Source of the DNA: the human T2T-CHM13v2.0 reference genome, Homo sapiens
Length of the DNA: 64,000 nt
Direction: 5' to 3' (one strand)
Assembly (NCBI RefSeq): GCF_009914755.1
Contig: NC_060944.1
This document shows, piece by piece, positions 40,852 to 52,200 of this stretch. How positions within the stretch are numbered: position 1 is the first letter of the stretch; each line of letters starts with the position of its first letter. The notes beneath the pieces were generated by a model. The model ran no database searches. It saw nothing but the letters and a program-made list of their open reading frames with translations, and was not told where the DNA came from. A program made the translations under genes and the position numbers.

Positions 40852-43208
40852 CATTCTCAGAAACTTCTTTGTGATGTTTGCATTCAAGTCACAGAGTTGA
40901 ACATTCCCTTTCATAGAGCAGGTTTGAAACACTCTTTTTGTAGTATCTGGATGTGGACATTTGGATCGCTTTCAGGCCTATGGTGTGAAAACTAGACAGA
41001 AGCATTCTCAGAAACTTATTTGTGATGTGTGCCCTCAACTGACAGTGTTGAACCTTTGTTTTGATAGAGCAGCTCTGAAACACACTTTTTGTAATATCTG
41101 CAAGAGGATATTTGGATAGCTTTGAGGATTTCGTTGGAAACGGGAATGTCTTCATGTAAACTCTAGACAGAAGCATTCTCAGAAACTGCTTTGGGATGTT
41201 TCAATTGAAGTCCCAGTGTTGAACATTCCCTTTCATAGAGCAGGTTTGAAACACTCTTTTTGTACTATCTGGAAGTGGACATTTGGAGCGCTTTCAGGTC
41301 TACGGTGAAAAAGGAGATATCTTCCAATAAAAACTAGATAGAAGCAATGTCAGAACTTTTTTCATGATGTATCTACTCAGCAAACAGAGTTGAACCTTTC
41401 TTTTGAGAGAGCAGTTTTGAAACACTCTTTTTGTGGAATATGCAAGTGGGTATTAGGCCGGCTTGGAGGATTTCGTTGGAAACGGGAATACGTATAAAAA
41501 GCAGACAGCAGCATTGTCAGAAACTACTTTGTGATGTTTGCATTCAAGTCACAGAATTGAACACCCCCTTTCACAGAGCAGGTTTGAAACACTCTTTTTG
41601 TAGTGTCTGTAAGTGAACATTTGGATTGCTTTCAGGCCTAAGGTGAAAAAGGAAATATCTTCCCATAAAAACTAGACAGAAGCATTCTCAGAAACTTGTT
41701 TGTGATGTGTGCCCTCTACTGACAGAGTTGAACCTTTCTTTGCAAAGAGCAGTTTTGAAACACTCTTTTTGTAGAATCTGCAAGAGGATATTTGGATAGC
41801 TTTGAGGATTTCTTGGGAAATGGGAATGTCTTCAGATAAACTCTAGACAGAAGCATTCTCAGAAACTTCTTTGGGATGTTGCATTCAAGTCACAGAGTAG
41901 AACATTCCCATTCATAGAGCAGATTTGAAACACTCTTTTTGTAGTATCTGGAAGTGGACATTTGGAGCGCTTTCAGGCCTATGTTGAAAAAGGAAATATC
42001 TTCCCATAAAAACTAGACGGAAGCATTCTCAGAAACTTACTTGTGATGTGTTTGCTCAACTAACAGAATTGAACCATCGTTTTGAAGGAGCAGTTTTGAA
42101 ACACTGTTTTCGTGGAATCTGCAAGTGGATATTTGGCTAGCTTTGAGGATTTCGTTGGAAACGGGATTACATATAAAAAGGAGACAGCAGCATTCTCAGA
42201 AACTTCTTTGTGATGTCTGCATTCAATTCACAGAGTTGAGCATTCCCTTTCATAGAGCAGGTTGGAAACACTCTTTTTGTAGTATCTGGATGAGGACATT
42301 TGGAGCGCTTTCAGGCCTATGGTGAAAAAGGAAATATCTTCCCGTAAAAACTAGACAGAAGCATTCTCAGAAGTTTATTTGTGATGTGTGCCCTCAACTA
42401 ACAGAGTTGAACCTTTCTTTTGATAGAGCAGTTTTGAAACACTCTTTTTGTAAAATCTGCAAGAGGATATTTGGATAGCTTTGAGGATTTCGTTGCAAAC
42501 GGGAATGGCTTCATATAAACTCTAGACAGAAGCATTCTCAGAAACTTCGTTGGGATGTTTCGATTGAAGTCCCAGTGTTGAACATTCCCTTTTATAGAGC
42601 AGGTTGGAAACACTCTTTCTGCATTCCCTGGAAGTGGACATTTGGAGCGCTTTCAGGACGACGGTGAAAATGGAAATATCTTCCAATAAAATCTAGATAG
42701 AAGCAACGTCAGAAACTTTTATGTGATGGATCTACTCAGCTAACAGAGTTGAACCTTTCTTTTGAGAGAGCAGTTTTGCAACACTCTTTTTGTGGAATAT
42801 GCAAGTGGATATTAGGGCAGCTTTGAGGATTTCGTTGGAAACGGGAATACATGTAAAAAGCAGACAGCAGCATTCTCAGAAACTTCTTTGTGATGTTTGC
42901 ATTGAAGTCACAGAGTTGAACATTCCCTTTGAGAGAGCAGGTTTGAAACACGCCTTTTGTCATATCTGGAAGTGTCCATTCGGAGCGCATTCAGGCTTGT
43001 GTTGAAAAAGGAAATATCCTCCCATAAAAACTATACAGAAGCATTCTCAGAAACTTATTTGTGATGTATGTACTCAACTAACGGAACTAAACCATCGTTT
43101 TGAAGGAGCAGTTTTGAAACACTGTTTTTGCGGAATCTGCAAGTGGATATTTGGCTAGCTGGGAGGATTTCGTTGGAAACCGGATTACATACAAAAAGCA
43201 GAGAGCAG
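40852..43208 (+). repeat. Third 14-mer/20-bp-deletion HOR variant, 2,357 bp
   Basis: Same 20-bp deletion junction (40985/6), same f->i join (~41826-41880) and the same linked SNPs (GCAGCTCTG, AACACCCCCT) as the copies at 28999 and 31356. Confidence 0.95.
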
Positions 43209-46200
43209 CATTCTCAGAAACTTCTTTGTGATGTTTGCATTCAAGTCACAGAGTTGAACATTCCCTTTCATAGAGCAGGTTTGAAACACTCTTTTTGTAG
43301 TATCTGGATGTGGACATTTGGATCGCTTTCAGGCCTATGGTGAAAAAGGAAATATCTTCCCATGAAAACTAGACAGAAGCATTCTCAGAAACTTATTTGT
43401 GATGTGTGCCCTCAACTGACAGTGTTGAACCTTTGTTTTGATAGAGCAGTTCTGAAACACACTTTTTGTAAAATCTGCAAGAGGATATTTGGATAGCTTT
43501 GAGGATTTCGTTGGAAACGGGAATGTCTTCATGTAAACTCTAGACAGAAGCATTCTCAGAAACTGCTTTGGGATGTTTCAATTGAAGTCCCAGTGTTGAA
43601 CATTCCCTTTCATAGAGCAGGTTTGAAACACTCTTTTTGTACTATCTGGAAGTGGACATTTGGAGCGCTTTCAGGTCTACGGTGAAAAAGGAGATATCTT
43701 CCAATAAAAACTAGATAGAAGCAATGTCAGAACTTTTTTCATGATGTATCTCCTCAGCAAACAGAGTTGAACCTTTCTTTTGAGAGAGCAGTTTTGAAAC
43801 ACTCTTTTTGTGGAATATGCAAGTGGGTATTAGGCCAGCTTGGAGGATTTCGTTGGAAACGGGAATACGTATAAAAAGCAGACAGCAGCATTGTCAGAAA
43901 CTACTTTGTGATGTTTGCATTCAAGTCACAGAATTGAACACTCCCTTTCACAGAGCAGGTTTGAAACACTCTTTTTGTAGTGTCTGTAAGTGAACATTTG
44001 GATTGCTTTCAGGCCTAAGGTGAAAAAGGAAATATCTTCCCATAAAAACTAGACAGAAGCATTCTCAGAAACTTGTTTGTGATGTGTGCCCTCTACTGAC
44101 AGAGTTGAACCTTTCTTTGCAAAGAGCAGTTTTGAAACACTCTTTTTGTAGAATCTGCAAGAGGATATTTGGATAGCTTTGAGGATTTCTTGGGAAACGG
44201 GAATGTCTTCAGATAAACTCTAGACAGAAGCATTCTCAGAAACTTCTTTGGGATGTTTCAATTGAAGTCACAGTGTTGAACATTCCCTTTCACAGAGCAG
44301 GTTTGAAACACTCTTTTTGTAGTGACTATAAGTGAACATTTGGCGTGCTTTCAGGCCTAACGTGAAAAAGGAAATATCTTCCCATAAAAACTAGACAGAA
44401 GCATTCTCAGAAACTTGTTCGTGATGTGTGCCCTCTACTGACAGAGTTGAACCTTTCTTTGCAAAGAGCAGCTTTGAAACACTCTTTTTGTAGAATCTGC
44501 AAGAGGATATTTGGATACCTTTGAGGATTTCGTTGGAAAAGGGTATGTCTTAAGATAAATTCTAGACAGAAGCATTCTCAGAAACTTCTTTGGGATGTTG
44601 CATACAAGTCACAGAGTAGAACATTCCCATTCATAGAGCAGATTTGAAACACTCTTTTTGTAGTATCTGGAAGTGGACATTTGGAGCGCTTTCAGGCCTA
44701 TGTTGAAAAAGGAAATATCTTCCCATAAAAACTAGACCGAAGCATTCTCAGAAACTTACTTGTGATGTGTTTGCTCAACTAACAGAATTGAACCATCGTT
44801 TTGAAGGAGCAGTTTTGAAACACTGTTTTCGTGGAATCTGCAAGTGGATATTTGGCTAGCTTTGAGGATTTCGTTGGAAACGGGATTACATATAAAAAGG
44901 AGACAGCAGCATTCTCAGAAACTTCTTTGTGATGTCTGCATTCAAGTCACAGGGTTGAGCATTCCCTTTCATAGAGCAGGTTGGAAACACTCTTTTTGTA
45001 GTATCTGGATGAGGACATTTGGAGCGCTTTCAGGCGTATGGTGAAAAAGGAAATATCTTCCCGTAAAAACTAGACAGAAGCATTCTCAGAAATTTATTTG
45101 TGATGTGTGCCCTCAACTAACAGAGTTGAACCTTTCTTTTGATAGAGCAGTTTTGAAACACTCTTTTTGTAAAATCTGCAAGAGGATATTTGGATAGCTT
45201 TGAGGATTTCGTTGCAAACGGGAATGGCTTCATATAAACTCTAGACAGAAGCATTCTCAGAAACTTCTTTGGGATGTTTCGATTGAAGTCCCAGTGTTGA
45301 ACATTCCCTTTTATAGAGCAGGTTGGAAACACTCTTTCTGCATTCCCTGGAAGTGGACATTTGGAGCGCTTTCAGGACGACGGTGAAAATGGAAATATCT
45401 TCCAATAAAATCTAGATAGAAGCAACGTCAGAAACTTTTATGTGATGGATCTACTCAGCTAACAGAGTTGAACCTTTCTTTTGAGAGAGCAGTTTTGCAA
45501 CACTCTTTTTGTGGAATATGCAAGTGGATATTAGGGCAGCTTTGAGGATTTCGTTGGAAACGGGAATACATGTAAAAAGCAGACAGCAGCATTCTCAGAA
45601 ACTTCTTTGTGATGTTTGCATTGAAGTCACAGAGTTGAACATTCCATTTGAGAGAGCAGGATTGAAACACGCCTTTTGTCATATCTGGAAGTGTCCATTC
45701 GGAGCGCATTCAGGCTTGTGTTGAAAAAGGAAATATCCTCCCATAAAAACTATACAGAAGCATTCTCAGAAACTTATTTGTGATGTATGTACTCAACTAA
45801 CAGAACTAAACCATCGTTTTGAAGGAGCAGTTTTGAAACACTGTTTTTGCGGAATCTGCAAGTGGATATTTGGCTAGCTGGGAGGATTTCGTTGGAAACG
45901 GGATTACATACAAAAAGCAGAGAGCAGCATTCTCAGAAACTTCTTTGTGATGTTTGCATTCAAGTCACAGAGTTGAACATTCCCTTTCATAGAGCAGGTT
46001 TGAAACACTCTTTTTGTAATATCTGGATGTGGACATTTGGATCGATTTCAGGCCTATGGTGAAAAAGGAAATATCTTCCAATGAAAACTAGACAGAAGCA
46101 TTCTCAGAAACTTATTTGTGATGTGTGCCCTCAACTGACAGTGTTGAACCTTTGTTTTGATAGAGCAGTTCTGAAACACACTTTTTGTAAAATCTGCAAG

Positions 46201-49200
46201 AGGATATTTGGATAGCTTTGAGGATTTCGTTGGAAACGGGAATGTCTTCATGTAAACTCTAGACAGAAGCATTCTCAGAAACTGCTTTGGGATGTTTCAA
46301 TTGAAGTCCCAGTGTTGAACATTCCCTTTCATAGAGCAGGTTTGAAACACTCTTTTTGTAGTATCTGGAAGTGGACATTTGGAGCGCTTTCAGGTCTACG
46401 GTGAAAAAGGAGATATCTTCCAATAAAAACTACATAGAAGCAATGTCAGAACTTTTTTCATGATGTATCTACTCAGCAAACAGAGTTGAACCTTTCTTTT
46501 GAGAGAGCAGTTTTGAAACACTCTTTTTGTGGAATATGCAAGTGGGTATTAGGCCGGCTTGGAGGATTTCGTTGGAAACGGGAATACGTATAAAAAGCAG
46601 ACAGCAGCATTGTCAGAAACTACTTTGTGATGTTTGCATTCAAGTCACAGAATGGAACACTCCCTTTCACAGAGCAGGTTTGAAACACTCTTTTTGTAGT
46701 GTCTGTAAGTGAACATTTGGATTGCTTTCAGGCCTAAGGTGAAAAAGGAAATATCTTCCCATAAAAACTAGACAGAAGCATTCTCAGAAACTTGTTTGTG
46801 ATGTGTGCCCTCTACTGACAGAGTTGAACCTTTCTTTGCAAAGAGCAGTTTTGAAACACTCTTTTTGTAGAATCTGCAAAAGGATATTTGGATATCTTTG
46901 AGGATTTCTTGGGAAACGGGAATGTCTTCAGATAAACTCTAGACAGAAGCATTCTCAGAAACTTCTTTGGGATGTTTCAATTGAAGTCACAGTGTTGAAC
47001 ATTCCCTTTCACAGAGCAGGTTTGAAACACTCTTTTTGTAGTGTCTATAAGTGAACATTTGGCGTGCTTTCAGGCGTAACGTGAAAAAGGAAATATCTTC
47101 CCATAAAAGCTAGACAGAAGCATTCTCAGAAACTTGTTTGTGATGTGTGCCCTCTACTGACAGAGTTGAACCTTTCTTTGCAAAGAGCAGCTTTGAAACA
47201 CTCTTTTTGTAGAATCTGCAAGAGGATATTTGGATAGCTTTGAGGATTTCGTTGGAAACGGGTATATCTTCAGATAAACTCTAGACAGAAGCATTCTCAG
47301 AAACTTCTTTGGGATGTTGCATTCAAGTCACAGAGTAGAACATTCCCATTCATAGAGCAGATTTGAAACACTCTTTTTGTAGTATCTGGAAGTGGACATT
47401 TGGAGCGCTTTCAGGCCTATGTTGAAAAAGGAAATATCTTCCCATAAAAACTAGACGGAAGCATTCTCAGAAACTTACTTGTGATGTGTTTGCTCAACTA
47501 ACAGAATTGAACCATCGTTTTGAAGGAGCAGTTTTGAAACACTGTTTTCGTGGAATCTGCAAGTGGATATTTGGCTAGCTTTGAGGATTTCGTTGGAAAC
47601 GGGATTACATATAAAAAGGAGACAGCAGCATTCTCAGAAACTTCTTTGTGATGTCTGCATTCAATTCACAGTGTTGAGCATTCCCTTTCATAGAGCAGGT
47701 TGGAAACACTCTTTTTGTAGTATCTGGATGAGGACATTTGGAGCGCTTTCAGGCCTATGGTGAAAAAGGAAATATCTTCCCGTAAAAACTAGACAGAAGC
47801 ATTCTCAGAAGTTTATTTGTGATGTGTGCCCTCAACTAACAGAGTTGAACCTTTCTTTTGATAGAGCAGTTTTGAAACACTCTTTTTGTAAAATCTGCAA
47901 GAGGATATTTGGATAGCTTTGAGGATTTCATTGCAAACGGGAATGGCTTCATATAAACTCTAGACAGAAGCATTCTCAGAAACTTCTTTGGGATGTTTCG
48001 ATTGAAGTCCCAGTGTTGAACATTCCCTTTTATAGAGCAGGTTGGAAACACTCTTTCTGCATTCCCTGGAAGTGGACATTTGGAGCGCTTTCAGGACGAC
48101 GGTGAAAATGGAAATATCTTCCAATAAAATCTAGATAGAAGCAACGTCAGAAACTTTTATGTGATGGATCTACTCAGCTAAGAGAGTTGAACCTTTCTTT
48201 TGAGAGAGCAGTTTTGCAACACTCTTTTTGTGGAATATGCAAGTGGATATTAGGGCAGCTTTGAGGATTTCGTTGGAAACGGGAATACATGTAAAAAGCA
48301 GACAGCAGCATTCTCAGAAACTTCTTTGTGATGTTTGCATTGAAGTCACAGAGTTGAACATTCCCTTTGAGAGAGCAGGTTTGAAACACGCCTTTTGTCA
48401 TATCTGGAAGTGTCCATTCGGAGCGCATTCAGGCTTGTGTTGAAAAAGGAAATATCCTCCCATAAAAACTATACAGAAGCATTCTCAGAAACATATTTGT
48501 GATGTATGTACTCAACTAACGGAACTAAACCATCGTTTTGAAGGAGCAGTTTTGAAACACTGTTTTTGCGGAATCTGCAAGTGGATATTTGGCTAGCTGG
48601 GAGGATTTCGTTGGAAACCGGATTACATACAAAAAGCAGAGAGCAGCATTCTCAGAAACTTCTTTGTGATGTTTGCATTCAAGTCACAGAGTTGAACATT
48701 CCCTTTCATAGAGCAGGTTTGAAACACTCTTTTTGTAGTATCTGGATGTGGACATTTGGATCGCTTTCAGGCCTATGGTGAAAAAGGAAATATCTTCCCA
48801 TGAAAACTAGACAGAAGCATTCTCAGAAACTTATTTGTGATGTGTGCCCTCAACTGACAGTGTTGAACCTTTGTTTTGATAGAGCAGTTCTGAAACACAC
48901 TTTTTGTAATATCTGCAAGAGGATATTTGGATAGCTTTGAGGATTTCGTTGGAAACGGGAATGTCTTCATGTAAACTCTAGACAGAAGCATTCTCAGAAA
49001 CTGCTTTGGGATGTTTCAATTGAAGTCCCAGTGTTGAACATTCCCTTTCATAGAGCAGGTTTGAAACACTCTTTTTGTACTATCTGGAAGTGGACATTTG
49101 GAGCGCTTTCAGGTCTACGGTGAAAAAGGAGATATCTTCCAATAAAAACTAGATAGAAGCAATGTCAGAACTTTTTTCATGATGTATCTACTCAGCAAAC

Positions 49201-52200
49201 AGAGTTGAACCTTTCTTTTGAGAGAGCAGTTTTGAAACACTCTTTTTGTGGAATATGCAAGTGGGTATTAGGCCGGCTTGGAGGATTTCGTTGGAAACGG
49301 GAATACGTATAAAAAGCAGACAGCAGCATTGTCAGAAACTACTTTGTGATGTTTGCATTCAAGTCACAGAATTGAACACTCCCTTTCACAGAGCAGGTTT
49401 GAAACACTCTTTTTGTAGTGTCTGTAAGTGAACATTTGGATTGCTTTCAGGCCTAAGGTGAAAAAGGAAATATCTTCCCATAAAAACTAGACAGAAGCAT
49501 TCTCAGAAACTTGTTTGTGATGTGTGCCCTCTACTGACAGAGTTGAACCTTTCTTTGCAAAGAGCAGTTTTGAAACACTCTTTTTGTAGAATCTGCAAGA
49601 GGATATTTGGATAGCTTTGAGGATTTCTTGGGAAACGGGAATGTCTTCAGATAAACTCTAGACAGAAGCATTCTCAGAAACTTCTTTGGGATGTTTCAAT
49701 TGAAGTCACAGTGTTGAACATTCCCTTTCACAGAGCAGGTTTGAAACACTCTTTTTGTAGTGTCTATAAGTGAACATTTGGCGGGCTTTCAGGCCTAAGG
49801 TGAAAAAGGAAATATCTTCCCATAAAAACTAGACAGAAGCATTCTCAGAAACTTGTTTGTGATGTGTGCCCTCTACTGACAGAGTTGAACCTTTCTTTGC
49901 AAAGAGCAGCTTTGAAACACTCTTTTTGTAGAATCTGCAAGAGGATATTTGGATAGCTTTGAGGATTTCGTTGGAAACGGGTATATCTTCAGATAAACTC
50001 TAGACAGAAGCATTCTCAGAAACTTCTTTGGGATGTTGCATTCAAGTCACAGAGTAGAACATTCCCATTCATAGAGCAGATTTGAAACACTCTTTTTGTA
50101 GTATCTGGAAGTGGACATTTGGAGCGCTTTCAGGCCTATGTTGAAAAAGGAAATATCTTCCCATAAAAACTAGACGGAAGCATTCTCAGAAACTTACTTG
50201 TGATGTGTTTGCTCAACTAACAGAATTGAACCATCGTTTTGAAGGAGCAGTTTTGAAACACTGTTTTCGTGGAATCTGCAAGTGGATATTTGGCTAGCTT
50301 TGAGGATTTCGTTGGAAACGGGATTACATATAAAAAGGAGACAGCAGCATTCTCAGAAACTTCTTTGTGATGTCTGCATTCAATTCACAGTGTTGAGCAT
50401 TCCCTTTCATAGAGCAGGTTGGAAACACTCTTTTTGTAGTATCTGGATGAGGACATTTGGAGCGCTTTCAGGCCTATGGTGAAAAAGGAAATATCTTCCC
50501 GTAAAAACTAGACAGAAGCATTCTCAGAAGTTTATTTGTGATGTGTGCCCTCAACTAACAGAGTTGAACCTTTCTTTTGATAGAGCAGTTTTGAAACACT
50601 CTTTTTGTAAAATCTGCAAGAGGATATTTGGATAGCTTTGAGGATTTCATTGCAAACGGGAATGGCTTCATATAAACTCTAGACAGAAGCATTCTCAGAA
50701 ACTTCTTTGGGATGTTTCGATTGAAGTCCCAGTGTTGAACATTCCCTTTTATAGAGCAGGTTGGAAACACTCTTTCTGCATTCCCTGGAAGTGGACATTT
50801 GGAGCGCTTTCAGGACGACGGTGAAAATGGAAATATCTTCCAATAAAATCTAGATAGAAGCAACGTCAGAAACTTTTATGTGATGGATCTACTCAGCTAA
50901 GAGAGTTGAACCTTTCTATTGAGAGAGCAGTTTTGCAACACTCTTTTTGTGGAATATGCAAGTGGATATTAGGGCAGCTTTGAGGATTTCGTTGGAAACG
51001 GGAATACATGTAAAAAGCAGACAGCAGCATTCTCAGAAACTTCTTTGTGATGTTTGCATTGAAGTCACAGAGTTGAACATTCCCTTTGAGAGAGCAGGTT
51101 TGAAACACGCCTTTTGTCATATCTGGAAGTGTCCATTCGGAGCGCATTCAGGCTTGTGTTGAAAAAGGAAATATCCTCCCATAAAAACTATACAGAAGCA
51201 TTCTCAGAAACATATTTGTGATGTATGTACTCAACTAACGGAACTAAACCATCGTTTTGAAGGAGCAGTTTTGAAACACTGTTTTTGCGGAATCTGCAAG
51301 TGGATATTTGGCTAGCTGGGAGGATTTCGTTGGAAACCGGATTACATACAAAAAGCAGAGAGCAGCATTCTCAGAAACTTCTTTGTGATGTTTGCATTCA
51401 AGTCACAGAGTTGAACATTCCCTTTCATAGAGCAGGTTTGAAACACTCTTTTTGTAGTATCTGGATGTGGACATTTGGATCGCTTTCAGGCCTATGGTGA
51501 AAAAGGAAATATCTTCCCATGAAAACTAGACAGAAGCATTCTCAGAAACTTATTTGTGATGTGTGCCCTCAACTGACAGTGTTGAACCTTTGTTTTGATA
51601 GAGCAGTTCTGAAACACACTTTTTGTAATATCTGCAAGAGGATATTTGGATAGCTTTGAGGATTTCGTTGGAAACGGGAATGTCTTCATGTAAACTCTAG
51701 ACAGAAGCATTCTCAGAAACTGCTTTGGGATGTTTCAATTGAAGTCCCAGTGTTGAACATTCCCTTTCATAGAGCAGGTTTGAAACACTCTTTTTGTACT
51801 ATCTGGAAGTGGACATTTGGAGCGCTTTCAGGTCTACGGTGAAAAAGGAGATATCTTCCAATAAAAACTAGATAGAAGCAATGTCAGAACTTTTTTCATG
51901 ATGTATCTACTCAGCAAACAGAGTTGAACCTTTCTTTTGAGAGAGCAGTTTTGAAACACTCTTTTTGTGGAATATGCAAGTGGGTATTAGGCCAGCTTGG
52001 AGGATTTCGTTGGAAACGGGAATACGTATAAAAAGCAGACAGCAGCATTGTCAGAAACTACTTTGTGATGTTTGCATTCAAGTCACAGAATTGAACACTC
52101 CCTTTCACAGAGCAGGTTTGAAACACTCTTTTTGTAGTGTCTGTAAGTGAACATTTGGATTGCTTTCAGGCCTAAGGTGAAAAAGGAAATATCTTCCCAT

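Noticed and set aside
28918-41176. Longer or hybrid ORFs (74, 95 and 69 aa) unique to the central region
   Set aside because: They are frameshift and fusion by-products of the 20-bp deletion and the j->a junction, not new genes.
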